A DNA stretch of 64,000 nucleotides from Vicugna vicugna (lineage: Eukaryota). The position numbers and the translations under genes are program-made. Each line of letters begins with the position of its first letter. Within the stretch, counting starts at the first letter, position 1. The notes beneath the pieces were generated by a model, which saw nothing but the letters and a program-made list of their open reading frames with translations, did not search any database and was not told where the DNA came from. The DNA lies in contig MU058687.1 in NCBI GenBank assembly GCA_013265495.1, positions 1,426,001 to 1,490,000 of the forward strand, written 5' to 3'. This document shows positions 36,607-48,189 of this stretch, piece by piece.

Positions 36607-37959
36607 ACAGCTAGCTTAGATTTAAGATCACTTTCTAACCATGAGGTCCAGCTGAGAACAAGATGGGAGCGTCTGAGGGTGAGGAGAGAGTTGGGATGTG
36701 GATTGGGATGTGCAGAAGGAGACTGTGAAGGTCCTAGGGGCTTGGGTGGAAGAGGAACCACAGAGTAGTGGGGAACGTGACACAGATTTTTCTTTACTTC
36801 ACAGTTTAGCTCTCAGGGATGATGGAGCCCAGATGGTCACCAGCTGAGGCAGGAGGTTGGGGAGAGGGTGGAAGGGAAGATGATGTAGCCTCTGCATGCA
36901 GGGTTCTACCATCCCATTCATGAGCCATACTCTATCCTGACCCAAGTGAGACCCAGGACAGCTCCTGGTGATATTATCTTTGAGGGAACCACAGAGAAAG
37001 GGAGAGCCCTTAACTCACCTGGTCATTTCTCTTGGGTGAAATTTCTGGCCATTTCTTTCATTTTCAGGATAGGCATGGGAAGCATGGGGAGGGTGGCCCA
37101 AGCCGGGGCTCATCCCAGGCCCTACTCTTCAGACCCTGTCTCTGTGACCTGGAATGATGCAGAGGGCATCCAGCACTGAGGGTGTAGAAGCTTGGAGTCT
37201 TCTGTTTCTGAGCAGACGTTGTAGCTTATTAAAGTTTGAATTCCGTCCGGTGGTCACATCCTGGACTGGCTGCCCTCTGGCATACAAAGCTCCTTTTGTA
37301 GCAAGTGGGACCAAGGGAAAGGGAAAGCTGAGCTCTTAATGTAGGCAACTAACTTCCAGCTTCTATCAATAAATTTCTCCCTGGACCTTTCCAAAACAAA
37401 GCTTTGCTAGTGTGGAGCTGTGGGGCTGTGGGAGCTGGCTGAAGCCTGGCAGTGTCCACAGACCCAGGTTGTCCTTGCCCTTGGCCAGATCCAGCGCAGG
37501 GGAAAATGAGGGCTCAGGCAACGGGGTCTTGGAATCCCAGCCCTCCAATTAGGCTTTTGTGCTATCTGCCCTATCCTGGAGGAAGACTATCCAGGGAACC
37601 CACCCACACTCAAATCAAAGACCCCAGTTTCTTGTAGCTGGAAGGGGTCTCAGAGATAGCAAGTCCAATCCTTCTATTTCACTGGGGATGGAGGTGTGCA
37701 TGTTGGATCTCTGTTATCTACAGAGATAGTGACTGGGCTGGGGCTAAACTCCAGGTGTCCCCACACCACATCAGGAGATCCTTTTGCTTACACCATGTAT
37801 GGCTTTTCTTCTGGGAATGTGTATGCTTCAACAAAAAGACAAAAGGAATAGGACAATAAAGTCTAAAGAAGCAGCTGATGATGGTGGAAGCTAAAACAAA
37901 GCAATTGGCCTATAGGCCAGGGCTGTCCTGGTTCTCCCTACATCATGCTATAGACCACA

Positions 37960-38321
37960 ATCTGGAGACCCAAGGGAGCTGTGGTATAATTTCAATAGGA
38001 GTCCAAAGGTCTGAGGACCAGGGGAGCCGATGTTGTAAACCCCAGTCCAAGGGCTGGAGGAAACCACATGAAGAGATGGTTACCAGCTCAAGCGGGGAGT
38101 CAGGAAGGAAAAGGGGCAAATTCGTTTTTTCCTTTCCAGCCTTCAACTGGATTGGATGAGCACCCCACTCCCTGGGGAAAGCAATCTACTTTACTGAGTT
38201 CACTGATTCTAATGCTAATCTCATGCAAAACACCCTCAACAGACACACCCAGAGATAATGATTAACCAGCTCTCTGGGCACCTCATGGCCCTGTCAAGTT
38301 GGCATAAAATTAACCATCACA
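37960..38321 (-). mobile_element. ERVL LTR fragment (MLT2-like)
   Basis: Ends aaaattaaccatcaca (reverse complement tgtgatggttaatttt). Contains aatgctaatctcat...aaacaccctcaacagacacacccaga. Confidence 0.85.
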
Positions 38322-38669
38322 GTTTCCTTGCTTTTCACCAGTGTCATAAATTTGCTTTTTTTTTTTTTTTTGTCCTTCTCCACTGAATCTCAGATTTGAA
38401 AAGGAATCAGCTACAGTTCCTCATCCCCATGGTACCTTCCACACATACCTAGGGCTTCCCAGTGATGCCAGGCCAGCTTGTGTGGGAGCAAAACCATGGA
38501 GCTTATTTATGATGCAATTACAGTTACAGACAAATACCTGCTGGAAAGTTAAACTTCAGCCAGTTGTTCCAGTGCCATCACAGCAAAGGGGGACTAAGTT
38601 GATAAATTATTTCAGGGACTTGGGTACATTGGGGAGGCAATAGAACCAAGTCATTTAGAAGATAGTCAA

Positions 38670-38889
38670 TGGAACTAGATATAAACCTGGGTTCAAATCC
38701 AGCTCTGCCATGATTTACTGGCTCTGTGTGAACAGTTACTTAACCAACTTGTGCACCAGTTTCCCTATCTGTAAATTGGGGATAATATTAGGATGGTTTA
38801 GGAGGATTAAGTAAATTAATACATGTGATGTATTTAGAACAGTGTCAGCACATAGTAAATGCTCATATACGTTAGCTATTATTATTATT
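38670..38889 (+). mobile_element. MIR SINE (near full length)
   Basis: cctgggttcaaatccagctctgcca...cagtttccctatctgtaaattggggataata...ttagaacagtgtcagcacatagtaaatgctca...gttagctattatt. Confidence 0.85.
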
Positions 38890-39237
38890 GGAAAAATAAA
38901 TGAAAACGATAAAGATCTGTTGAGTGTTTGGGTGAGGTATCATGGATGTCAGGAGCTTTGGGAGCTACAAGGAGTTAATAAGAAGAAGACATGGGCCCTG
39001 CTCTGGAGGTGTTTTCAGTCTATAAGAAGAGAGAAGATACTAATATGTCAGACAGAAGGGGTGTCATGTAAGTGAGACCAATAATAACAACTGAGTTTTG
39101 AGACAGGAGATTGGATCTCAGAAGAGGAAGAACAGAAATCAGGCCAGAATCTGGACATTCTGAGATCTCGGAGATGGGAAAATTATCTTGAGTAATTTGC
39201 GGCAGTTGCAAAGTGAAAGTTTTTTTCAGGTTAGAGC

Positions 39238-39239
<2 letters not shown>

Positions 39240-39277
<38 letters not shown>
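39240..39277. repeat. (TG)19 microsatellite
   Basis: Perfect dinucleotide run with an imperfect extension to ~39291. Confidence 0.97.
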
Positions 39278-39281
<4 letters not shown>

Positions 39282-39844
39282 TGTGTGTGTATTCACTCAC
39301 TCACAGAAAGAAAATCTTCCCTTGTCTAAAGAAAAAGAAGAGAGAGAAAGGAACATTTCCAACACCTCCCTGTAACCTCATTCTACTAGGCGGCTTCAAG
39401 AATTCATTAGCACATAGGTTATGGCACCTTTGTTTCAGCAACCGCAGCTCCGGAGACCTGGGGGAATTCTGAGACGCCAGCTTTGCCTGCCAAAGAGGGA
39501 AAGAGCCAAGCGGAGATTTCCAGGTCAGAGCAGAGCTGGGCACCTACCCCTAAGGGAGTGGAATGGGGACCCAACTTCCCAACACCAGAAGGAATACCAC
39601 CCAGGGGCCATTTACATGGAGGCTGATTGATGTATAAATTACTAAGCTAGTGTTGTTTTCTTAAACAATAACCGAGGAAAAGAAAGAAGGACTTCAACGT
39701 AATTTCGAATCTCTTCACTTAGTTACTTTGAGCCTGTGTGGTAAGACCTCAGCTATCTGGAACCCCAGAAGGATAAGTTGTTCTAAAGGATTAAAACTTC
39801 CGTGCCCAAACTTAAATCATTATGATGGGCTTTAAGAATGTGTA

Positions 39845-40058
39845 ACAGACTGGGATTTCAAAATGTAGAATAGATAAACAAGATTATACTGTATAGCACA
39901 GAGAAATATATATAAGATCTTGTAGTAGCTCACAGCGAAAAAAAATGTGACAATGAATAAATGTATGTTCATGTATAACTGAAAAATTGTGCTCTACACT
40001 GGAATTTGACACAATGTTGTAAAATGACTATGACTCAATAAAAAATATTTAAAAAAAA
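39845..40058 (+). mobile_element. L1 3' end with TSD
   Basis: tagataaacaagattatactgtatagcacag...gactcaataaaaaa plus poly(A). TSD aagaatgtRta at 39834-39844 and 40059-40069. Confidence 0.9.
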
Positions 40059-40274
40059 AAGAATGTATACATGTGTCTTTGCTTTAGTTAGTAGAGTATG
40101 TGGAGCATGATTTAGCCTTTTCTTGGTGATTTAGGATGCTGAGCTTAGAACTCTGCTGCCCTTACGATCTTGTGTGTAGGATGACTTGATCCACACTAAG
40201 TAGGCCCAGACTACTATGTATTTTGAATTTTATGTAATTTTATTGGAAAAAAAAGACCCAACAGACTTTTGAAA

Positions 40275-40940
40275 TCAGATCTTGGCATATGAAAAGCTTA
40301 GAAGTTGTCATTCCTGTCCTTACAATAAGAAAAAGCTATACAAACTGAAAATCAATGACTTTTCTTGAACCTGTCAGAGTATTGGGGTTGCAGGGTAAAT
40401 CACCACCCTGAAATCTGTAGAGACATGTAAATACAGAGGAACACAGTTGTGATCCGCTTTCCTGGAAAAGATGCTGCTAGAGCCATAAACGGGTGGGAAC
40501 ATTTATGTGACAATTTGACAAATTGGTGGAGATTGAATATAGACTATTGTGAGTGTAAGAAATTCTTGGGGAACACAATTTTAGGGATCCTCAACACTAT
40601 GGTGGGTTTTACCTCCAGGAACTCTATCTGGTTCTCACAGTGAAGAGTCAAGAAAGAGGGAAGGAGCCCCTTTCGGCTCTGGCAGAGACAGGGGATAAAC
40701 AATCATTTCGAAATACATTCAGAGCATTCTCCACAACAAAGAGTTACTCTCCTGGGGAAAATACTTTGCCAGAGCTTTAGCCCACCTGGGGGAAGTGCAG
40801 TTACCCAACTCCAGCCAGCTCTGGACTTCCTGTCTCACCTAAAGGGAAGAAGGAAGCTAAGAACATTTGTGAAGGTCACAGCCAGGAGACACCAGTCTAC
40901 TGAAAAACTGAGCTTAAATCATAAGATTATATACTACTTC
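40275..40940 (+). mobile_element. Old L1M-type 5' region
   Basis: gaaaagcttagaagttgtcattcctgtccttacaataagaaaaagcta...aaactgaaaatcaatgacttttctt resembles L1M 5' ends (recalled). It abuts the ORF2 relic. Confidence 0.55.
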
Positions 40941-42640
40941 CTCTACGCTCACAAATCTGATAACTTCAATAAAATGGACCGATTCCTTGAAAGACACAAA
41001 CCACCAAAACTCACACAAGGAGAAATAGATAGTTTGAATATCTAAATCTACGAAAGATGAAAGCAGAAGTTGCAGATGATTTCACTGGTGAACTCTACCA
41101 AACATTCAGGGAAGAAATGATACTACTGTCTATAATCTCTTCCACAAAATGCAGACAGAGAGAACATTTCCTAACTCATTCTATAAGGCCAGCATTACCC
41201 TAATACCCAAACTAGAAAAGACATTATAAGAAAGGAAAACAAAAGACTGTTATCTCTCATGTACATAAATGTGAAAATCCTAAAAAAAAAAAAAAAAGTA
41301 AATCAAATCCAACAATGTATAAAAACAACTACCCAGCATGAGCAAGTGGGATTTACTCCAGGTTTGTAGGGCTGACTGAACATTCCAAAATCAACCCAGG
41401 TGATCCATCACATCAATAGGCTAGGAAGAAGAAAAATTATATGATTATATCTACTGATAGGAAAAAAAGTATTTGGCAAAATCCAGCAGCCATTTATGAT
41501 AAAACTCTCAGTAAACTAGGCATAGAGGGAAACTTCCTCAACTTAACAAAGAACATCTACAAAAAGCCTACAACTAACATTATACATAAGGTGAGAAATT
41601 GGAAGCTTTCCTCCTAAAAGCAGGAAAAAGGCGACGATATCCCCTATCACTACTCTTATTCAACATTGTCCTGGGAGTGTGAGCTAGCACAATAAGACAA
41701 GAAAAGGAAATAAAATTTATACAGACTAGGAAGGAAGGAAAAAACTATCTGTATTCACAGATGACATAATTGCCTATGTAGAAAAGCTCAAAGAATTGAC
41801 AAAAGAATCCCACAAGAACTCCTGAAACTACCTAGCAAGTAGAGCAAGACTACAGGCTGCAGGCTGATATACAGAAGTCAATTGTTTTCCTATATACCAG
41901 CAATAAACAACTGAAATTTAAAAAATATATATCATTTACAATAGCATGGAAAAAATGAAATACTTCGGTATAAACCTAACAAAATATGTATAGGATCTAT
42001 TTGTGGGAACTATAAAACTCTGATGAAAGAAATCAAAGATCTAAATAAATGGAGAGATATTCTGTGATCATGGGGTAGAAGACTCAGTATTGTTAAGATG
42101 TCAATTATTCCTAACTTGATCTATAGATTTGATATAATCCCAATCAAAATCCCAGAAGCATTCTGTAGATGTCAACAGATTCTAAAGCTTACATGTAAAG
42201 GCAAAAGACCTAGAGTAGTCAACACAACATTGACGAACAAAACTGGGGTGCTCACACTACCTGATTTCCAGACTTACTATAAAGCTACAGTAATCAAGAC
42301 TCTGTCATACTAGTCAAAGAATAAACACATAGATTAATGGAACAAAACAGAGATCCTAGAAATAGAACATACACCTACAGTCAAATTATCTTTGACAAAG
42401 GAACACAAGCAATTCAGTGGAGAAAGGGTAGTCTTTTCAACAAATGGTGCTGGAACAATGGGTGTCTGTATGCCAAAAAAAAAAAAAACCTAGACACAAA
42501 CCTTACATCTTTCACAAAAATTAGCTTCAAATGGATTACAGACTAAATATGAAATGCAAAACCATTAAACTTCTAGAAAAAACCAGAATAAAATCTAGGT
42601 GACATTGATTTTGGTAATAAGAAAACCAACCAACCAGATT
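40941..42640 (+). mobile_element. Degenerate L1 ORF2 (reverse transcriptase) fragment
   Basis: Decayed translations KMDRFLERHKPPKLTQGEIDSLN, FPNSFYKASITLIPK, LSVFTDDIIAYVE (FADD region, ~41745-41785), MSIIPNLIYRFDIIPIKIP, LTLPDFQTYYKATVIKT, IQWRKGSLFNKWCWNN. Many stops and frameshifts. Confidence 0.95.
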
Positions 42641-42710
42641 CTCAGGATTTTGAGACAGAGGGACAGCCAGGTGTTTTGACTTGGTCCCTTAAGTGAAGAA
42701 AATGGGAAAG

Positions 42711-42712
<2 letters not shown>

Positions 42713-42755
<43 letters not shown>
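42713..42755. repeat. (GT)21 microsatellite
   Basis: Perfect dinucleotide run. Confidence 0.97.
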
Positions 42756-42757
<2 letters not shown>

Positions 42758-43346
42758 GGCTGGGAGGGCAGAGAAGCAAAGTAGGTTGGTTTGTAGAGAA
42801 AGGAGAATGAAACTGAGGCACAGAGAAAAGTGCAGATGAAACACACAGGGAGAGACACTGCCTGGGTTTCCAGTTCTTTGGTTTTGATCCCCTGAGAAGC
42901 CTTGCTGTGGCTTCCATGGATCCCCCAGGATTCTTCTAGGAAGTTTTCTTTTTATTGCCTAAGCAGGTTCAAGGTGGTTTCTATTGACTAAAACTCGTGT
43001 TAATAGGACCATACCTGAAAGTCTTGACTTAGACCTGTGCCCAGAGCTCCTTTCTCTCCCTCAGATCAATAGATAATTCGAATGTGTAAAGATTGTCGTA
43101 TTTCTCCTGAAGGTCCAAGTACAGAAGAACTTCCTGAAGCTTTTCAAAAAGGCTTTGTGTGGCTAAAATTTGGTTCTCTGCTGCTGATAAAAGTGGTCCT
43201 TGTATGTGTAACTGGCCTGGTACCCGAGCTTGGTATCACAGCCTGGATCCGAGAGTCATGCCTTTTAAACTTCCTGACCACCTCATATTTTCTCTTCTCA
43301 TTCTTTCTAGATTTAGGAAGATGTGCCAAGTTTTACAGCTATTCTT

Positions 43347-43788
43347 TTTTTTAATTAAAAAATGTTTTTGTAATGAAAGATCCTATAAATTCTATACTGC
43401 TTTACAATTTTCAAAAGTTTCACATACATATATTGGAGGGGCAAGATAGGGGTAGGGGATGAAGAGGTACAAACTATTATGTATAACATAAGCTACAAGG
43501 ATATGTTGTGTAACACAGGGATGTAGCCAATATTTTATAATAACTATAAATGGAATATAACCTTTAAAAATTGTGAATCACTATATTGCACACCTATAAC
43601 ATGTAATATTATATATCAACTGTACTTCAATTAAAAATATAAAAGTTAAAAATTAAAATTAAAAAGTTTCACACACACGATTTCATATAGCCCTATAATA
43701 ACCCCCCTTTTCTTCCCCCTTCCCCCTATATTGCCTCTCCACCCTCCCCTCTCCCCACGGGTAAACACTAGTTTGTTCTCTGTATCGC
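43347..43788 (-). mobile_element. L1 3' end (host of a nested insertion)
   Basis: Reverse complement gatacagagaacaaactag...gggttattatagggctatatgaaatcgtgtgtgtgaaactttt[insert]gaaaattgtaaagcagtatagaattt plus A tail. TSD tttacagctRttctt at 43332-43346 and 43789-43803. Confidence 0.85.
43425..43661 (+). mobile_element. L1 3' end nested in an oppositely oriented L1
   Basis: gaggtacaaactattatgtataa...gtgaatcactatattgcacacc...tacttcaattaaaa. TSD aaaagtttcaca at 43413-43424 and 43662-43673. Confidence 0.88.
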
Positions 43789-43996
43789 TTTACAGCTGTT
43801 CTTGTTACACATAAGATAGCAAATAGGTTGAGAGGTTGCAGTGAGCAGAAGGCAGGCAGACAGATAGAGCCAGAGGCAAAGTTAGAGTCTGGATCTTGAT
43901 GAGCAAACCTGGGCCCAGTTTCCGATCATCTCTCATCCTTACGTGGTTCAATAGCTTGATATTATCAGTTCAGACAGAGATGACAAGGCCCAGGGA

Positions 43997-44241
43997 AGCA
44001 CTGTCCAACAGAAATACGATGTGAGCCATAATGCAATTTAAAATCTTCTAGTGATAATATTTTAAAAAGCAAAAAGAATAGTAGGTTAACTCAATATATC
44101 TAAAATGTACTCAGTATGAAAATTATTCAGGAGATACTTTACATTCTTTTTTTGGGTACTAAATCAAAATTCAGTGTGGATTTCTCAATTTATACCAGCC
44201 ACACTTCAAGAGCTCAATAGTCACATGTATGGAACAGTACA
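43997..44241. mobile_element. hAT-Charlie MITE (MER33/MER3-like)
   Basis: gcactgtccaacagaaatacgatgtgagcca... and ...agccacacttcaagagctcaatagtcacatgt. Confidence 0.7.
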
Positions 44242-44244
44242 GCT

Positions 44245-44730
44245 GTTAGGCTAGAATTAGGTTTGGCGGCTAGTATCAAAAGTGGCTTAAATAAGACAGA
44301 AGTGCAGTTTCTCTTATATAAATATTCAGGTAGGAATTGAGGGTTATGAGATGGCACTGTGGTACCATTCAATTCAGGCTCCTTCTATCTTGTTGCTTCT
44401 GTCTTCTACATTGTTGCTCCATCCTGCATTGACTTCATTTCCAAATTCCTCAACAGTCCAGTATGACTGCTTCAGCTCCTGCCAGTATATCCACATTCCA
44501 GCCAGCAGAAAAGGGAAAAAGAAGGAGACGGAAACACTACCCTCTTTTAATGACACTTCCAAAAAGTTACATACATATAACTTTGACTTACATGCCATTG
44601 GCCAGAATTTAGTCACATGGCCCTACCTACCTGCAAGGGAGGCTGAGAAATGTAATCCATATTTTAGGTGACCATGTGACCATCTAAAATTTGGGGAGTT
44701 CTGTGACTAAGGAAGAAAAAGAGAAAAGAT
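44245..44730 (-). mobile_element. Old MaLR LTR (MLT1J-like)
   Basis: agtggcttaaataagacagaagt...ccattggccagaatttagtcacatggccctacctacctgcaagggaggctgagaaatgta. Confidence 0.75.
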
Positions 44731-45408
44731 ATTGGGAATCAACTGGAAGTGTTGGTCTCAGACCAATCCACACTAAAGAAATGTAGATGAGAATGGTAAA
44801 CCAGAAAGCCAATTTATGAGGGGATTATGAGACTGTAATTGCCAGCAAAGTGGGTGTGCCTGGGTCTACTGATGGTGCAGTCTCTTCCCAGTAGGATAAT
44901 CAAAATGATTGAAAGATTAATGGAATAAGCTATGATGGCCTGAGAGATCCCTTTCCTTTTAAGGGTATACTGACCTGCCAAGTGAAGTAAAACATTCCCA
45001 CCAGCCCAGGAGAGAGCCCTCTTTCTGGGTTGATGCTGGAAACACTTGGACAAATTCCTGCCCTTCAACGTTTCTTTATCTGAACTTCATCCTTTCTTCA
45101 TAGCTTTACACATTACAACTCTGCTTTCATTTGTTACATTTTAGGCTTTGGGAGGACATTTTGAAGACACACTAGCTCCTTGTTATAGACTTTGGAAATA
45201 CTATTGTCTCATCAGCAGCATTCATGCACTGGCCAAGCATTTATTGAGCACCTACTGTGTGCCAGGTATTGCATTATGCTGAGAGTAAATAAGGAACTAG
45301 TTTCTGTTCTTACGGTGATCACAATATCTAAAGAATAGGGAAAGTGATGTTGGCAAGGGCTTGGAAAATGAATAGGTGTACACTGAGCACCAGCAAGGAA
45401 AAGGCAAC

Positions 45409-46360
45409 TATGATAGAGTGATGTATAATAAGAAATATAGGGGAGGGTATAGCTCCGTGGTGAGGGCGTACCCAGCATGCATAAGGTCCTGGGTTCAATC
45501 CCCAGTACCTCCATTAAAAAATAAAATAAATTAATTAATTAACTAATTACCCCCCAGGGAAAAAACAAACAAACAAAAGAAATATATATTTGGTCTTAGT
45601 CCCATTTCTGACACAGAGCTCCTAAAACCCTTGGAATTTTAGAAGTGATGAGAATGACAAAGGTGTTTTTGTTATGTTAATGAGGTGATTTTTGGATGAA
45701 CCTAAGGGTGGGGGCTGGTTGCCAGGAGAACCAACCTTGTGCTTGGAGGGTTAGAATTTTCTGTTCCACTCTCTGGGGGGGGGGGAGGAGCTGGAGATTG
45801 AATCAATCACCAATGTCCAGTGATTAACCATGCCTATGAAACGAAGCTTCCATAAACACCCAAAAGGAGGGGTTTGGAGAGCCTCCAGGCTGGTGAACAT
45901 GTGGAGATGTGGGGAGAAAGGTGCAACTGGTGAGAGCATGGAAGCTCTGTGCCCATTCCCCATACCTTGCCCTATGCATCTCTTCTATCTGACTCTTCCT
46001 GAGTTATATCCTTTTATAATAAATCAGTAATCTAGCGAGTAAATGGTTTCCTGAGTTCTGTGAGCCACTCTAGAAAATTAATGGACCCTAAAGAGGGGGT
46101 CATGGGAACCTCTGATCTATAGCCAGTCAATCCAAAGCACAGGTAACAATTTGCCCTTGGGATTGGCATCTGAAGCAGAAAGCAGTCTTGTGGGACTGAG
46201 CCCTTAACCTGCAGAACTCATGCTGTCTCCACATGCATAGGGTCAGAATTGGATAGGGCTGAATTATAGGACACTCGGTTATTGTTGGTGTGGGAACCCT
46301 CGCCACCAACCACCCTGCTGTGTTCCCTCCCAAGACACACATTGGAACTGGTTGCAGAAA
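45409..46360 (+). mobile_element. Solo LTR, MER21-like
   Basis: ataataagaaatata[SINE]tatttggtc...cacagagctcctaaaacccttggaattt, then ttcctgagttctgtgagccactctag and cttgtgggactgagcccttaacctg. Confidence 0.8.
45440..45576 (+). mobile_element. tRNA-Ala-derived SINE (Vic-1-type) inserted in the 5' end of an LTR
   Basis: ggggagggtatagctccgtggtgag...gggttcaatccccagtacctcc. TSD aagaaatata at 45430-45439 and 45577-45586. Confidence 0.92.
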
Positions 46361-48035
46361 TTTCAGCATTCCAGGTGGAAGGGACAGCACATGCAAAGGT
46401 TTAGAGACATCAAAGGACATGACATGTTTGGGGGCAAGTAACTGGAGGGGGCTCAAGGGAGGAGGTGCTGCAGGGGACCTTGTGGTGGTCTCCTCAGCAT
46501 CCATTCCCTCTTGGTAACTACCCCATTTTCCTTTGGATATCCACCCTCTCTACACTTCCTATGCACTCTGGAGGAAGTTGACTCCACCCTAGCCCTAGGG
46601 CTGGGGCAAATACCCCTATATAGACTCATCAGCAAAATCCTCTCTTGCTTGAGAATGAGCAGGTGACTCAGTTCCGACCCGAGAGACTGAGGAGAAGTTT
46701 GCTGCCAGCTTCAGGAAAAGAAGCTCTCTTTCTTTTCTCCTTCTATGTGGCCTGGAGTATGAGTGTGAGGCCAGGTATTGCTGCAGCCCTTTCGTCACCA
46801 TGAAAGAATCTTGCCCAAGGCTAAATGGATGGCAGAGAGGGCATCCAGAAAGAAGCAGGGATGTTGACATATTCAGCCATCAAGTCAAACCTACCCTGAA
46901 GCCCACTCTGCCCTTAGGCCTTAGGCAGGTTTAGGCCACAATATGAGGGACCTTGGGGCTTAGCCTTTATTTTGGGGGGCAGAGGGAAATGGTGGAAGGT
47001 TCAAGCAGGGGAGTGAGTTGATTGGACCTGAGTTGTAGGAAACTGCCTCGGGGAGCTGAGTGCCAAGAGCCTGGACCAAGGCCAGAAATGAGACCTGAAA
47101 GATGGGAGAAGAAGGGGACAGTGAGAGGGCCAGTCAGGTGACAGAAGCAGACTGACTGGAAAAGAGGGCATAAGGACAAGGGCGTGTTTGGGGAAGACGC
47201 TAAAACCCTTAGCCTGATTACCCAAACAGAGAGGGTCTCTTTCTTCCTCCTCCTGCCTCCATCACTATATCCCCATGAGATCATTTCTACCCCTGGATTC
47301 TTTATTCTCCTTTTTTGTAGATTCGTGTCTGATTACAGTTCCTCATGGGCAAGCCTGGTCCTCTAGAGCAGGGACCACACCTCTTCATCTTCACATTCTC
47401 AGGGACCAGCCTGGTACAGGGTTGGCACTTGGTCAAGGCTGAACTGGACTGAGCTGAGGGCCTACTGGTTCTTGCTGAGCTAGGCATTAGCTGCACCCTC
47501 CTCCTGCCCCCGGGGCTTAGTCATCTCTTTCTTAAGTAACCTCCAAAACTGCAGCCACGGTACTCAGCTTCCTTGTTGTTGGCAGGTGCTGGCAGCCCAA
47601 GTGCCAGAACGCTGGGCAGCCAGCCTCTGGGAAGAGCTAGGATGGTGAGAGAGAGCGAGTAATCAGGACTTAACCACGTTCATGAGGGGCGGGTGTGCTC
47701 CCCGGGAGGTCTGTAACAACACCTCCTCTCCAGGAAGCAGAAACCAGGCTCCTTCCTTTCTTTTTTTCTCACCTGTTATGTTTTGTGGCCAGAAGTACAT
47801 TCACTGGCTTTCCATGCTTCTAAAATAAATCAATTTTGGGACCACACCCTTCCAAGCTACCCCAGATTTTCTCCCTGGAATCGTTAACCCCTTACCATCT
47901 CACTAAGCCTAAAATGCTGGGGTTCCACTTCACAAAAATATTAGCCCTTTAGCTTCTTTCAGAAGAGAGGTCTTGGTTTTCCTGATGTCTGCTCCCCACT
48001 ATTTCTCCCTGTGCTAATAGTTCACCCCGTAGGAT

Positions 48036-48189
48036 TTTTTGGGGCGAGGGGAGGTTATTGGGGAGGGTTTTTCTTGTGTGTATACATATTTATTTATTTA
48101 AGTATAGTCTGTTTACAATGTTGTGTCGATTTCTGGTGTACAGCATCATGCTCCAGTCATACATAAATCTGACTGAAGCATGCTGTACA
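48036..48189 (-). mobile_element. Very short L1 3' end with inverted duplication at its 5' junction
   Basis: aagtatagtctgtttacaatgttgtgtcgatttctggtgtacagcat is the reverse complement of the L1 terminus. Probable TSD ccRtaggat at 48027-48035 and 48190-48198. Confidence 0.75.

Noticed and set aside
42098..42546. ORFs with RT-associated motifs as a novel retro-system
   Set aside because: Ordinary decayed L1 ORF2 pieces broken by stops and frameshifts.
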